The translations under genes were made by a program, and so were the position numbers. From the NCBI GenBank assembly GCA_938084645.1, contig CALKEP010000039.1, positions 1 through 42,439 of the forward strand: DNA of 42,439 nucleotides, read 5' to 3'. Shown piece by piece: positions 26,479-36,469 of this stretch. The notes under the pieces are model-generated. The model was not told the origin of the DNA, did not search any database, and saw only the letters and a program-made list of their open reading frames with translations. Positions within the stretch are counted from its first letter, which is position 1; every line of letters begins with the position of its first letter. The DNA is from an uncultured Phycisphaerales bacterium (GTDB lineage: Bacteria > Planctomycetota > Phycisphaerae > Phycisphaerales > SM1A02).

Positions 26479-27828
26479 TCAGTCCTGCTCGGCGAGCCAG
26501 TGTTCGACCCACTTGATGTCGAAGTCGAACGTACGGAACTCCGGCCGATCCAGCAGCCGTCGATGCAAGCCGATCGACGTCTTCATGGGCCCGATCCGGA
26601 ATTGACGAAGCGCTTCGAGCATGCGGCTGATCGCCTCGTCCCGGGTCGGGGCGTGCACGATCAGCTTGCCGATCATCGAATCGTAGTTCGGCGGAATCCG
26701 ATAGCCCGACCGGGCGTGGGTGTCGAGCCGGACCCCGAGTCCGCCCGGGGGATCGAAGGTCTCGATCAGTCCGGCCTGCGGCATGAAGTTCCGGTCGGGA
26801 TCCTCGGCGTTGATCCGGCACTCGATCGCGTGCCCGTTCACCGAGATCTGATCCTGGCGAACCGAGAGCGGATTCCCCGCCGCCACGCGGATCTGCTCCT
26901 TCACGATGTCGACCCCGGTGATCATCTCGGTGACCGGATGCTCGACCTGCACCCGGGTGTTCACCTCGAGCATGTAGAAGTCCTGCTTGTCGTCCATCAG
27001 GAACTCGACGGTCGCCGCACCGCCGTACTTGGCGGCCGCGATCAGTCGCGAGGCGCTTTCGCAGACGGCGGCCCGCTTCTCGGGATCGACGCCCGGTGCG
27101 GGAGCCTCCTCGACGAGCTTCTGATGCCGGCGCTGGCTCGTGCAATCACGCTCGAAGAGATGGATCGCGTCGCCCCGCCCGTCACCGATGGTCTGGACCT
27201 CGAAGTGACGGGCCTTCGCGAGGTACTTCTCGATGTAGACGCTGCCGTTCCCGAAGGCGGCCGACGCCTCCTGGGCGGCACTCTCGATCGCCTCCATCAA
27301 CGACGCCTCGTCCTCGACGACCCGCATCCCGCGCCCGCCACCGCCGGCGGCGGCCTTGACGATCACCGGATAGCCGATCTCGGCGGCGACGGTCCGCGCC
27401 TCCTCGGGATCCTCGATCGCACCTTCGGTGCCCGGGAACACCGGCGTGCCCGCCTTTCGAGCCATCCGCTTGCAGGAGACCTTGTCTCCCAGCAGGGCCA
27501 TCGCCTCCGGGCTGGGCCCGATGAACGCGATCTCGCAGTCCCGACAGACGGTCGCGAACTCCGCGTTCTCGGCGAGAAATCCGTACCCCGGATGGATCGC
27601 ATCCGCATTCGTGCATTCCGCTGCGGCGATGATCCGGTCGATTCGCAGGTAGCTCTCGGCCGAAGGGCCGGGCCCGATGCAGACTCGTTCGTCGGCCCAT
27701 TCGAGCCACGGGCCGTCCGCGTCCGCGGTCGAATGCACGCAGACGGTGGAGATCCCGAGTTCGCGGCAGGCTCGGATCACCCGCAGGGCGATCTCACCGC
27801 GATTGGCGATCAGGATTCGTTTAAACAT
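26479..27828 (-). CDS. accC: Acetyl-CoA carboxylase biotin carboxylase subunit
   Basis: MFKRILIANRGEIALR, IHPGYGFLAEN, KAAAGGGGRGM, QRRHQK, EVNTRVQVEHPVTE, ECRINAED and YDSMIGK. Confidence 0.98.
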   Translation of the reverse strand: MFKRILIANRGEIALRVIRACRELGISTVCVHSTADADGPWLEWADERVCIGPGPSAESYLRIDRIIAAAECTNADAIHPGYGFLAENAEFATVCRDCEIAFIGPSPEAMALLGDKVSCKRMARKAGTPVFPGTEGAIEDPEEARTVAAEIGYPVIVKAAAGGGGRGMRVVEDEASLMEAIESAAQEASAAFGNGSVYIEKYLAKARHFEVQTIGDGRGDAIHLFERDCTSQRRHQKLVEEAPAPGVDPEKRAAVCESASRLIAAAKYGGAATVEFLMDDKQDFYMLEVNTRVQVEHPVTEMITGVDIVKEQIRVAAGNPLSVRQDQISVNGHAIECRINAEDPDRNFMPQAGLIETFDPPGGLGVRLDTHARSGYRIPPNYDSMIGKLIVHAPTRDEAISRMLEALRQFRIGPMKTSIGLHRRLLDRPEFRTFDFDIKWVEHWLAEQD

Positions 27829-27837
27829 GACGCTTGA

Positions 27838-28311
27838 TCACTCCGGCTTGATGAGGAGCAGGGGCTGACCGAACTCGACCGCATCACCGTTCTCGACCAG
27901 GACCTTCGCAACGGTTCCGGAGCGCTCGGCCTTGATCTCGTTGAAGATCTTCATGGCCTCGATGAGGCAGACGACGCTGTCCGGGCCGATGGAATCCCCC
28001 ACCGACACGAAGTTCGGCTTGTCGGGATTCGGCTTCGCGTAGAACGTGCCGACCATGGGGCTCTCGATGGGAACGAGCCCGTCATCGGCGGCCGGTTCGG
28101 GCGCGGCGGGTGCTGCGGGTGGTGCGGCGGGGGCCGCGGCCGCGACGGGGGCCGCCGGTGCGACGGGGGCCGCCGGTGCGAGCTGCTGCACGACGGGTTG
28201 CCCGCCTCGCTTCACCGTCACCTGCTGCTGTTCGTCCCGCAGATCCAGTTCCGAGAGGTCGTTGGCGACCATCAAGCGAACGAGTTCCTTCAACTTCCGA
28301 ATATCGATCAT
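27838..28311 (-). CDS. accB: Acetyl-CoA carboxylase biotin carboxyl carrier protein
   Basis: Ala/Pro linker, SPMVGTFY, biotinylation motif EAMK and VEFGQPL; AGGAG RBS; directly upstream of accC. Confidence 0.97.
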   Translation of the reverse strand: MIDIRKLKELVRLMVANDLSELDLRDEQQQVTVKRGGQPVVQQLAPAAPVAPAAPVAAAAPAAPPAAPAAPEPAADDGLVPIESPMVGTFYAKPNPDKPNFVSVGDSIGPDSVVCLIEAMKIFNEIKAERSGTVAKVLVENGDAVEFGQPLLLIKPE

Positions 28312-28350
28312 GCCGGTTCTCCTGCCGTCGGCGAGTCATGTGAAGGCGGA

Positions 28351-28359
28351 AATATAGCA
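28351..28359 (-). promoter_or_regulatory. Putative extended -10 promoter (TGcTATATT) for accBC
   Basis: TGn-TATATT about 40 nt upstream of the accB ATG, in a rare AT-rich patch. Confidence 0.55.
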
Positions 28360-28448
28360 GCCCTGCCGAAGATGGGGGGGATCATGCAGAGATCTGGGGC
28401 GAACATGTGGCGAGATGCGCCGATGTCGGGCGGGAGCGAACCCCCGGC

Positions 28449-29210
28449 TCAGCCGACCTCGTCACCCGGGGGCCGGAGGCCGACGGGCGGCCGCAGAAGC
28501 TCGCCCAGCAACAACGCCTCGCGGAAGCCCTTGGGCGTCCGAAGCGTGCGGCGGAGACTCCTGGCAGTCGATCCCCCGGCCGTCCCTTGGCCCGTTCCCT
28601 TGCCCAATCCCTTCCCCGAGGTCCAGGATCGCCGAGCCTGTGCGAGGCCTGCTTGTTTCGGGATCCGGCTCGAATCAGCCTGCCTGACCTCAGGGCGCGA
28701 CTTCGACCCGCGGGTGGCCGAGGTGGACTGGGTCGGATTCCGCGTCGATGCGGCCTTCCGGACCGATCGAGGTTCATTCCGCGCGGACTGCTGCCGACTG
28801 ACCGTGGCGGGGCTCGTCGCCACCGGCGGTGGCGGGTTGGCACTGGCCGACCGGATGCGTCCCGCGTTCGGATCGATTTCGGCGGTGACCCCTCCATCCG
28901 GGCCGGATCGGCGACGAAGCACCTCGAGTCGCCGCTTGCGAAGCGCCTCCAGACGTCCCTGAGCCTTGGATTCCTTCTTGGCCCGAAGCGCTTCCAGACG
29001 ACCCTGGGCCGAAGCATTCGCCTTGGTGCGGGTGTCCATCGGCGGCGACTGGGCCACTCCGCTCCGCTGGCCCCCGTCCTTCGATCGCCCCGCTTCGAGC
29101 ATCCGCTGGGCGGCCTCTGCCTTCTTGCGCTTCTCCGCCGACTTGGCGACCCCGCCGACGATCGCCTGGAGGATCGCGATCCCGAGAAAGATCCAGATGG
29201 CGTTTCCCAT
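28449..29210 (-). CDS. Hypothetical basic protein with N-terminal membrane anchor
   Basis: N-terminal TM helix, duplicated AQGRLEALR, low-complexity middle and a C-terminal REALLLGELLRPPVGLR motif. Confidence 0.8.
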   Translation of the reverse strand: MGNAIWIFLGIAILQAIVGGVAKSAEKRKKAEAAQRMLEAGRSKDGGQRSGVAQSPPMDTRTKANASAQGRLEALRAKKESKAQGRLEALRKRRLEVLRRRSGPDGGVTAEIDPNAGRIRSASANPPPPVATSPATVSRQQSARNEPRSVRKAASTRNPTQSTSATRGSKSRPEVRQADSSRIPKQAGLAQARRSWTSGKGLGKGTGQGTAGGSTARSLRRTLRTPKGFREALLLGELLRPPVGLRPPGDEVG

Positions 29211-29219
29211 GCGAGGATC

Positions 29220-30005
29220 TTACCCGTCACCGTGTGTCGACGCATCGACTCGTCGACGACTCGCTGGTACGGGACCATGTTCCGACCGAATGAATCGTGT
29301 TCCGAAGATCGAATGAAGGGCCTCCGGCGAAAGCACGGACTCGATTTCGCCGGCGTCCGCCACCGACCCCCCCGCGAGCAGCACCACATGATCGGCAACC
29401 GACCAGGCCACGCCGATCTCGTGCATCGCGGCGACGACGGCACCGCCCGCCGCGGCGAATTCGCGGAGGAGCGATGCGATGCGCTCGATCTCTCGGGGAT
29501 CCTGCGCCGAGAACGGCTCGTCGAGCAGGAGCACGCCTCCCTCGGCGGGGTCCACCTGCACCAGCACCCGCGCCAGCCCGGCACGCTGTTGCTGGCCGAT
29601 CGAGAGCTGGTTGAATGGTCGATTCGCGTCGGCGGAAAGGCCCACCGCGTCGATCGCGGCCTCGACGGACCGGAACCCGCCTCGCCCTGAGCCCGATGCG
29701 AATCCTCCGAATCCCACGACCTCTCGCGTCAGAAACGGCCCGCTGACACCGCCGCGTTGGCCGAGAAAGCCGATCTTCCTCGCGCGGTGTCGCATGGACA
29801 TCGCCGCGAGCTCGATCCCATCGATCGAAACCACGCCTGCTCGCAGTCGCTGCACGCCCGCGAGGACCCGAAGGAGCGTCGACTTCCCGGCCGCGTTGGG
29901 GCCGAGTATCGCCGTCACGACGCCGGGTTCGATGTCGAGGCTCGCCCCCTGCAGGGCCCTCACGTCACCGAAGCGGACGTCGGCCTTTTCGAGTCGGATG
30001 CTCAT
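29220..30005 (-). CDS. ABC transporter ATP-binding protein (BtuD/FecE/HmuV type)
   Basis: GPNAAGKST, LSIGQQQR, LLLDEP and H-loop MHE; ATGA overlap with the permease gene. Confidence 0.92.
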   Translation of the reverse strand: MSIRLEKADVRFGDVRALQGASLDIEPGVVTAILGPNAAGKSTLLRVLAGVQRLRAGVVSIDGIELAAMSMRHRARKIGFLGQRGGVSGPFLTREVVGFGGFASGSGRGGFRSVEAAIDAVGLSADANRPFNQLSIGQQQRAGLARVLVQVDPAEGGVLLLDEPFSAQDPREIERIASLLREFAAAGGAVVAAMHEIGVAWSVADHVVLLAGGSVADAGEIESVLSPEALHSIFGTRFIRSEHGPVPASRRRVDASTHGDG

Positions 30006-31018
30006 GATCGCCCGTCCCTCCGCAGCAGGAGCCAGAGGAACGCCGGACCTCCGACGAGCGACGTCACCACCCCGACCGGCAGCCGCCCACCACCGAGGTC
30101 GACGAGCTGACGCACGAGATCCGCGCCGAGGAGCACGGCGGCCCCGGCCGCCACCGTCGCGGGAACCAGTCGACCGTGCCTCGGCCCCACCAGAAGCCGC
30201 GCGAGATGCGGCGAAAGCAATCCGACGAACGCGATGGGCCCCACCAGCACGACCGAACCCGCCGCAAGGAGACCGCCGGCGATCAGCAGACCGTTCCGAA
30301 GGCGATCGAGCGAGACGCCCGCCGAGCGTGCTTCGTCCTCGCCGAGACACGCCACGTCGAGACCCCGGGCGTACCACGATCCGAGCACGAGTCCGACCAG
30401 GGAGAGCCCGCACACCGAACCAAGCAGCCAGGGGGACGCCACTTCCGGGATTCGACCCATCATCCAGGTCACCAGATCACCCCGGACGCCGTTCGGGACG
30501 AGATGCTGCAGCAACATGATGCCGGCGGCGAAGGTCGCGCTGACGATCACGCCGCAAAGCACCAGGGTCACCGGGTCGAAGGTCCCGAGCCGTCGCCCGA
30601 GCAGCCACACCACCACGATCGCCAGCAACGCGCCTCCCCCCGCCGCGGGGAGTCCGGCCCCGGACATCAACAGGTTCCCGAGCCACGCGCCGCCCCCACC
30701 GGCGACCACCAGCCACGCCGCCAGCATCAGCCCGAATCCGGCGCCACTCGAAACCCCCAGGACCCAGGGACTCGCCAGCGGATTCCGGAGAAGGACCTGG
30801 AACGCGAGCCCCGAGAGGGCGAGCGCCGACCCAGCGGCGATGGCCGCGACGGCCGCGCCCGTCCGGATCGCCAGCACGCTCGATTCCGGCACGCCGAAGA
30901 CGATCTCGATGCCGCCTGCGGGCGTGATGTGACGCCCGACCAGCAGCCGGAGAACCAGCAGCAGCCCGACGCCGCCCACGAGGACGATCGTCCCCACGAT
31001 TCCTCGACGGGCGGTCAT
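30002..31018 (-). CDS. FecCD/BtuC family ABC permease
   Basis: FQVLLRNPLASPWVLGVSSGA, LGEDEARSAGV, GPIAFVGLLSPH and PVGVVTSLVGGPAF. Confidence 0.95.
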   Translation of the reverse strand: MTARRGIVGTIVLVGGVGLLLVLRLLVGRHITPAGGIEIVFGVPESSVLAIRTGAAVAAIAAGSALALSGLAFQVLLRNPLASPWVLGVSSGAGFGLMLAAWLVVAGGGGAWLGNLLMSGAGLPAAGGGALLAIVVVWLLGRRLGTFDPVTLVLCGVIVSATFAAGIMLLQHLVPNGVRGDLVTWMMGRIPEVASPWLLGSVCGLSLVGLVLGSWYARGLDVACLGEDEARSAGVSLDRLRNGLLIAGGLLAAGSVVLVGPIAFVGLLSPHLARLLVGPRHGRLVPATVAAGAAVLLGADLVRQLVDLGGGRLPVGVVTSLVGGPAFLWLLLRRDGRS

Positions 31019-31884
31019 GATCCCGACTCCGCCGGCGGATCGGGGTTCGACGCCGCTTCGAGCCGGGCACGAAACGCCGCGTTCAACTCAGGGATCCGCG
31101 TACTCGGTTCGAAGACGTCGGGGTGGTCGAACCCGAGCACCGCCGGCGCCCGACGCCATGGCACCGCATCAAGGATCGTGTTCATGTTCGCGGGGGCGCC
31201 GATGACCACCACCACGTCCGGGTCGAGGCTCACCATCGCTTCCACGCCGAGTTCGATCCAACCCGGACGGCGGAGCGCGTTGACGCCGCCCGCCGACTCG
31301 ATCATCTCATCCAGATAGGTCTCCGTACCGACGGCCCGAAAGGGATCGAGCCCATGCAGGAGCAGGAGTCGCCCTTCGGTCCCGGGCTCGACCGCCTCCT
31401 CCGGCGGTGGCACCGTGGACGCCGACCAATCGTCGCGGGCCGCCGGATCGACGAGCTTCGCGGCGACCAGTTCATCGATCGTGGCCCGGACGTCCGCGAG
31501 CCCGTCGAGGCGACGGGCGATCAGACGAAACCCCAGCGAATCCCGAAGGGCCAGAATCACGGGATCCACCCCGGACGCCGGCGGTTGGACGAGCAGCACC
31601 TCGGGCCGGATCTGGACGAGGAGTTCCGCGTCGACGCCTTCCAGGGTTCCGACCACCGGCGCCGAGGCCGCCCCACGGCACCAGGGGGTCCTTCCCACGA
31701 GCCTCGCCTCCGGCGCGAGGTCGAGCAGCGTCGTGGTCATCGCCGGGGAGAGACTCACCACGCGGGGCGCCGCGTCCGGGCGTCCGCCCGAAGGCTCGTC
31801 GACCGAGGCGCCGCAGCCCATCGTGAACGCGATGAATCCCGCCACCAACAGACGGCTCGCACGACCGGCGCAGATCGCCTTCAC
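31015..31884 (-). CDS. Helical-backbone metal-receptor substrate-binding lipoprotein (BtuF/HmuT-like)
   Basis: Lipoprotein-like signal (FIAFTMGC), RVVSLSPA.T, GRT.WC, TYLDEMIESAGGVN and EAMVSLDPDVVV. Start uncertain (GTG 31884 or ATG 31944). Confidence 0.85.
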   Translation of the reverse strand: MKAICAGRASRLLVAGFIAFTMGCGASVDEPSGGRPDAAPRVVSLSPAMTTTLLDLAPEARLVGRTPWCRGAASAPVVGTLEGVDAELLVQIRPEVLLVQPPASGVDPVILALRDSLGFRLIARRLDGLADVRATIDELVAAKLVDPAARDDWSASTVPPPEEAVEPGTEGRLLLLHGLDPFRAVGTETYLDEMIESAGGVNALRRPGWIELGVEAMVSLDPDVVVVIGAPANMNTILDAVPWRRAPAVLGFDHPDVFEPSTRIPELNAAFRARLEAASNPDPPAESGS

Positions 31885-31993
31885 GCCGCACTCCCACGGG
31901 CGAGCGGCGGAACCTGCCACGGATTTTCTGGTGAAAGGGGTCATCGAGACGACTTCATACAGTACCGCCCCGCCCTCGATCCAAGGAACCGCC

Positions 31994-32800
31994 ATGCCGC
32001 TTCTCCACGCCGTTCGTCGTTGGTTCAACCGGGATCGCCCGCTCGACCTCGATTCGACCCACCTGATCGCCGAACCGGTGACTCCGGTACCGGACCGAGT
32101 CGCGTCGGCCAGCGGTTTCCGGCCCGCCTCGCTCACCCCCGCGCCGCACGCCGACGTTCCCCAGGACGCCTCCGGATCCGAGCCGCCCGAGGCTCGGCGA
32201 CGTCCCGCGACGCCGAGCGAGGATGTGATGGCACCGACAGGCGGGCCTCTGGCGGCCGACGCTCCGGAGGATCCCCGATCGGCGATCCGACGCATCGAGG
32301 AGGCCCTGAATTCCGGACGCGATTCACAGGCGGCGATCGCCGAGGCCGTCGCCAAGGTCCAACCCGCGGCGGCGGCGATGGTTCAGATGGCCGAGCGACA
32401 GCAGCGGCTGCTGGAGATCGCCGAAGGCCAGGCTGCGAACGCAAGCCGTCGCGACGATCGAACCATTGAGACGATCGAGCGGATGAACGAGCATCTCGGT
32501 CGCGCCAACGAAGTGACCGGGCTCGTGCAGCGACAGCTCGACGCGAATCACGAGATCGTCCGCGAGACCGTGACCCGCCTCGACCAGGTCGCGATGGCCA
32601 TCGATGAAGGCCGGCGAGCGAGCGAGGCCATCGGCACGACCATGTCCGCGATGCTCGAGGAGATGAAGTACCGCGACGAAGCCCACGAGACCCGAAACGG
32701 CGTGCTGCAGGGATGGATCGTCGCGAGCGTCGTCGCCTGCATCGCCGCGACCGGTGCTTCACTCGCCCTCGCCTGGGCGGTGATGGGCATGCAGTCCTGA
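31994..32800 (+). CDS. Hypothetical coiled-coil protein with C-terminal membrane anchor
   Basis: AAGGA RBS; Pro-rich N-terminus, long heptad-like helix and a terminal hydrophobic helix. Confidence 0.8.
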   Translation: MPLLHAVRRWFNRDRPLDLDSTHLIAEPVTPVPDRVASASGFRPASLTPAPHADVPQDASGSEPPEARRRPATPSEDVMAPTGGPLAADAPEDPRSAIRRIEEALNSGRDSQAAIAEAVAKVQPAAAAMVQMAERQQRLLEIAEGQAANASRRDDRTIETIERMNEHLGRANEVTGLVQRQLDANHEIVRETVTRLDQVAMAIDEGRRASEAIGTTMSAMLEEMKYRDEAHETRNGVLQGWIVASVVACIAATGASLALAWAVMGMQS

Positions 32801-32813
32801 AGGAACCGCTCGA

Positions 32814-34634
32814 TCAGCCCGGCATCAGCTGCGTCTTGGCGAGACGCTGGTAGACCTCGCAACGCTCGAGCAGTTCCTGATGCGTGCCGACGTCGACGAT
32901 CCGCCCGGCCTCCATCACCACGATCCGGTCCGCCGCGAGCACGGTGCTCAGTCGGTGCGCGATGACCACCAGCGTCCGTCCGGCCCGGAATTCGGCGACG
33001 GCGGCGTTGATCTGCTCTTCGCTTTCCGCGTCGATCTGACTCGTCGCCTCGTCCAGGATCAGCAGGGACGGCGATCGGAGCAGCGCCCGTGCGATCGCGA
33101 CCCGCTGCCGCTGGCCACCGGACAGCGAAGTCCCCAGTTCCGCGACCGTCGCGTCGAATCCGAGCGGCAGCGCGTCGATGAACTCGGTGGCGTGGGCGAG
33201 TTCGGCCGCGGCACGGATCGCCGAGTCGTCCACGTCCAACCCGAACGAGATGTTCTCTCGAATGGTCCCGCGAAACATCACGGTCTCCTGCGTGACGACG
33301 CCGATCTGGCGGCGCAGCTCGGGGAGCCGGACATTGCGGAGATCGTGGCCGTCGATCTCGACCCGTCCCTCGGTCGGATCGAACAGCCGGGGAAGAAGAC
33401 CGAGCAGCGTCGTCTTTCCGCAACCGTTGGGACCGACGATCGCGACATGTTCCCCGAACGCGATGTCGAGGTCGATTCCGATGAGCGAATCGACCTCCGC
33501 GCCGGGATAGCGGTAGCGAACGCCGTCGAATCGGATCGACTCGGCGTGCCGACCGATCGAGGCGGATCCACTGGCGGAGGCGGCCTCGTCGGGGATCGCG
33601 AGGAGTTCCTCGAGGCGCTCGGCCGGGGCCGCGGACGCCTGGATGTCGTTCACCAGCCCGGCGAGCGGCTTGAGGCTCCCTCCCGCGACCGCGAGCGCGG
33701 CCAGCGAGAGCATGAAGGAATCGAAGTCCATCTGGCCGTCGAGGATCTGCCGTGCGGCGAGGATGGCCAGCCCGATCAGAACGAAGACCGCGAGCATCTC
33801 GATGAGCGGCGACGCGATCGCACGAGCGGTGCGGACCCGCAATTCCTCGCGAAGCACCGAATCATTGGCGGCATCGAAACGGTCGGCCGCCATTCGCTCG
33901 GCGGTGGCCGTCTTGACGGTCCGAATCCCCTGGATCGCTTCGTTCGAGACGCGGAGGAGATCCTCCTGTGCTTCGAGCGCCGCCCTGGTCGCGCGTCGGA
34001 TCCGGCGCCCCAGTTTTCGAAGGATCGACGCGAGGATCGGTGCGACGAGCAGCGCGACGATGGTCAGCCGCCAGTCGAACCAGACCGCGGCCGCGAAGGC
34101 CGCGAGGCCCTTCGTGAGCTGGGCCACGGTCTTGCTCGTGAGGGCGAGCATGCCGCCCTGCAACGCCATCGAGTCCTTGTTGATCCGGCTCACCAGTTCG
34201 GCGGCCCCACGTCGCTGGACTTCCGAGAGCGGCATGGAAAGGGAGTGCCGGAAGACGTCCGTCCGCACTTCGGCGACGGCCCGGTTGCTGATCTCGAGGG
34301 CGAGGAACTGATGGAGGAAGTTCGCCGTCGCACCGAACACCGTCAGACATCCGAGTCCGACCATGATCGCGACCACCGCGTGAAACGGATCCGCGGGAAG
34401 CAGATTGACGAGGCTCTCGGGAATGTCGAACCCCGCCCGCGAGGCGTTGTATTCCTGGATCAGCTGGGTGACCGATTCCTTCGACCGACCCTCCAGAATG
34501 ATCCGAAGCAGCGGCCCCAGGCTGATCAGCCCGACGCCGAGCCCGCCCGCGGAGAAGATCGCGCAGAGCACCGACCCGGCGAGAAGCCAGGGGTGGCGAA
34601 GCAGGCGTGGAAGAAGGTGTCGAAGGCCGTCCAT
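32814..34634 (-). CDS. ABC transporter, fused permease/ATPase (MsbA-like exporter)
   Basis: TM domain followed by GPNGCGKTT, VTQE, LSGGQRQR, ILDEATS and IAHRLSTV. Confidence 0.93.
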   Translation of the reverse strand: MDGLRHLLPRLLRHPWLLAGSVLCAIFSAGGLGVGLISLGPLLRIILEGRSKESVTQLIQEYNASRAGFDIPESLVNLLPADPFHAVVAIMVGLGCLTVFGATANFLHQFLALEISNRAVAEVRTDVFRHSLSMPLSEVQRRGAAELVSRINKDSMALQGGMLALTSKTVAQLTKGLAAFAAAVWFDWRLTIVALLVAPILASILRKLGRRIRRATRAALEAQEDLLRVSNEAIQGIRTVKTATAERMAADRFDAANDSVLREELRVRTARAIASPLIEMLAVFVLIGLAILAARQILDGQMDFDSFMLSLAALAVAGGSLKPLAGLVNDIQASAAPAERLEELLAIPDEAASASGSASIGRHAESIRFDGVRYRYPGAEVDSLIGIDLDIAFGEHVAIVGPNGCGKTTLLGLLPRLFDPTEGRVEIDGHDLRNVRLPELRRQIGVVTQETVMFRGTIRENISFGLDVDDSAIRAAAELAHATEFIDALPLGFDATVAELGTSLSGGQRQRVAIARALLRSPSLLILDEATSQIDAESEEQINAAVAEFRAGRTLVVIAHRLSTVLAADRIVVMEAGRIVDVGTHQELLERCEVYQRLAKTQLMPG

Positions 34635-34744
34635 CGGTTGATCGAATTCGTCGCGAGAGGAGAACGCCGGATCGAGCCGTTTCGCCGGGCCGAAGCGGCC
34701 AAGAATACGGGATCCTCGAGCGTCCCGACGCCGCACGCCCCCGC

Positions 34745-36064
34745 TCAGATCACCAGACCGTCCAGTTCGGTCCAGAAACCGGGATGGCTCTTGGCGACGC
34801 AGTCCGGATCCTCGATTTCGACGCCCCCGATCAGGCTGCCCAGCACCGCGAAGCTCATGGCCATCCGGTGGTCGTCCCAGGTGCCGATTCGCCGCGGCTC
34901 GACCGCTTCATCCCGGTCCGCGGGCGGGATGATCTCGATCGCATCCGCCGACTCGACGACCGTGCATCGGACCTTGCGGAGTTCGATCGCGAGGGCCGCG
35001 ATCCGGTCGGACTCCTTGATTCGAAGCGTCTCCAGCCCCGTGAGCCTGGTCGGCCCTTCCGCGACGGCCGCGAGCGCGGCGAGCCCCACCGCGGCATCCG
35101 GAAATCCGGTGCAGTCGAGCTCGACCCCTCGCAACCGCGCCGGGCCCGACACCACGATCCGATCCCCGCCCGGTTCGACCGTCGCCCCGAAGTCCGCCAG
35201 GGCCCGAATCGCCGCGAGATCGGGCTGCCGACTCGACGCCCCCAGACCGAGGATCTCGATCCGTCCGCCCGGCGAGCCGGCCGCGAGCATCGCGGGATAG
35301 ATCGCGCTGGAGGCATCGGCTTCGATCTCGACGTCGAACCCGGGAATCGGCGCCGGGTCGATCCGGACCGTTCGAAGTCGCCCGGCGGCGTCACGGTCGA
35401 TCGTCATCCCGGCCGAGACGGCCTCGAGGACGTCGAGGGTGAGTTCGAGATACGTCGGACTCGTGGGGGTCGTCGAAAAGCGAAGTTCGACGCCGTCCCG
35501 GGTGAAGGGCGCGATCAACATGATCGCGGAGACGAACTGGCTGCTCGCGGTCCGTCCGACCTCGATCGATCCACCGGCGAGTTCGGCCGACGGGCGGACT
35601 CGGATCGGCAGTCGATCCGGCGCTTCGAGAAAGTCGACGTCACCTCCGACGGCGCGGAACAGATCGACTCCGTCACGGATCGGCCGCGCCCGCATCCGCT
35701 CGCTTCCGTCGATCTCGACCGGAAGTCGCGCGAGGCCGGCCGCGGCGAGCATGAACCGAACCGGGGTTCCCCCGGCACCGAGATCCACACGACCACCCCC
35801 GGGGAATCGTCCATCACCCCCGTCGATGCGAAGCACGTCACCTTCCGGTCGGACGATGGTTCCGAGCGTCTGCAACGCCTCGAGCAGCCGATCCGGGTCG
35901 TCGGCTCGAAGCGGATGTCGGATCACCGCGTCTCCTCGACACAGCGCCGCGAGGACGAGAAATCGATTGGTGAGGCTCTTGGATCCGGGCGGTCGCACCG
36001 TTCCCCGGATCGGCCCGGTCGCGATCGGAATTCGCCTTGTCGCCCCGCGACCCGGCGACATCAT
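34745..36064 (-). CDS. aroA: 3-phosphoshikimate 1-carboxyvinyltransferase (EPSP synthase)
   Basis: PGSKSLTNR, GT..RF, RP, SSQFVSA, DASSA, LRIKESDRI, DDHRMAM and KSHPGF. Confidence 0.96.
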   Translation of the reverse strand: MMSPGRGATRRIPIATGPIRGTVRPPGSKSLTNRFLVLAALCRGDAVIRHPLRADDPDRLLEALQTLGTIVRPEGDVLRIDGGDGRFPGGGRVDLGAGGTPVRFMLAAAGLARLPVEIDGSERMRARPIRDGVDLFRAVGGDVDFLEAPDRLPIRVRPSAELAGGSIEVGRTASSQFVSAIMLIAPFTRDGVELRFSTTPTSPTYLELTLDVLEAVSAGMTIDRDAAGRLRTVRIDPAPIPGFDVEIEADASSAIYPAMLAAGSPGGRIEILGLGASSRQPDLAAIRALADFGATVEPGGDRIVVSGPARLRGVELDCTGFPDAAVGLAALAAVAEGPTRLTGLETLRIKESDRIAALAIELRKVRCTVVESADAIEIIPPADRDEAVEPRRIGTWDDHRMAMSFAVLGSLIGGVEIEDPDCVAKSHPGFWTELDGLVI

Positions 36065-36066
36065 GG

Positions 36067-36387
36067 TCAGGACTCCCGCCGGAAGACCGCCACGACGTCC
36101 TCGACGGGGACCACGAAGAGTCGATTGTCGCCTTCGAAATCGACCGGAATGCCCTGCTTGGGGTTGAAGAGGACTCGGTCGTACTGCTTGATCGGATAGT
36201 CCTCGTCACGCTCGATCTGGCAGCTGATCGACACGATCCGCCCGGTGAGGGTCGGGATCTCGATCTTGTCGGGAAGGTGGATTCCGACCTTGGTGATCTT
36301 CTTGTCCTCGTCCTTGCGGATGAGCACGCGCATGCCGATGGGCTCGACGACTTCGATGCTGTCCTTGCGGGTGGTGCTTTCGGCCAT
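36067..36387 (-). CDS. Co-chaperonin GroES (Cpn10) family protein, standalone and divergent
   Basis: EPIGMRVLIRK...TKVGIHLP...GRIVSI...DRVLF...G..V......V..EDVVAV matches the Cpn10 pattern. No groEL in the window. Confidence 0.85.
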   Translation of the reverse strand: MAESTTRKDSIEVVEPIGMRVLIRKDEDKKITKVGIHLPDKIEIPTLTGRIVSISCQIERDEDYPIKQYDRVLFNPKQGIPVDFEGDNRLFVVPVEDVVAVFRRES

Positions 36388-36469
36388 GGTCGGATGATAC
36401 CGCGGGCCACAGCATGAAATCCAACCGTTTGCAGGAGTGTCGGTGGATCCGCCCGGATAGCATCCGATC
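36388..36469. promoter_or_regulatory. Divergent promoter region with two -10 hexamers, each 6 nt from a start codon
   Basis: TATCAT on the minus strand (36394-36399) lies 6 nt before the GroES-like ATG. TAGCAT on the plus strand (36458-36463) lies 6 nt before the apt ATG. Confidence 0.55.

Noticed and set aside
28142..28181. 18-nt tandem repeat (GCGACGGGGGCCGCCGGT x2)
   Set aside because: It encodes the normal Ala/Pro linker of AccB.
31885..31993. Cobalamin riboswitch upstream of the Btu-like ABC operon
   Set aside because: The gap is only about 110 nt, is shared with a divergent gene, and shows no recognisable B12-box, so the substrate (B12, haem or siderophore) stays unassigned.
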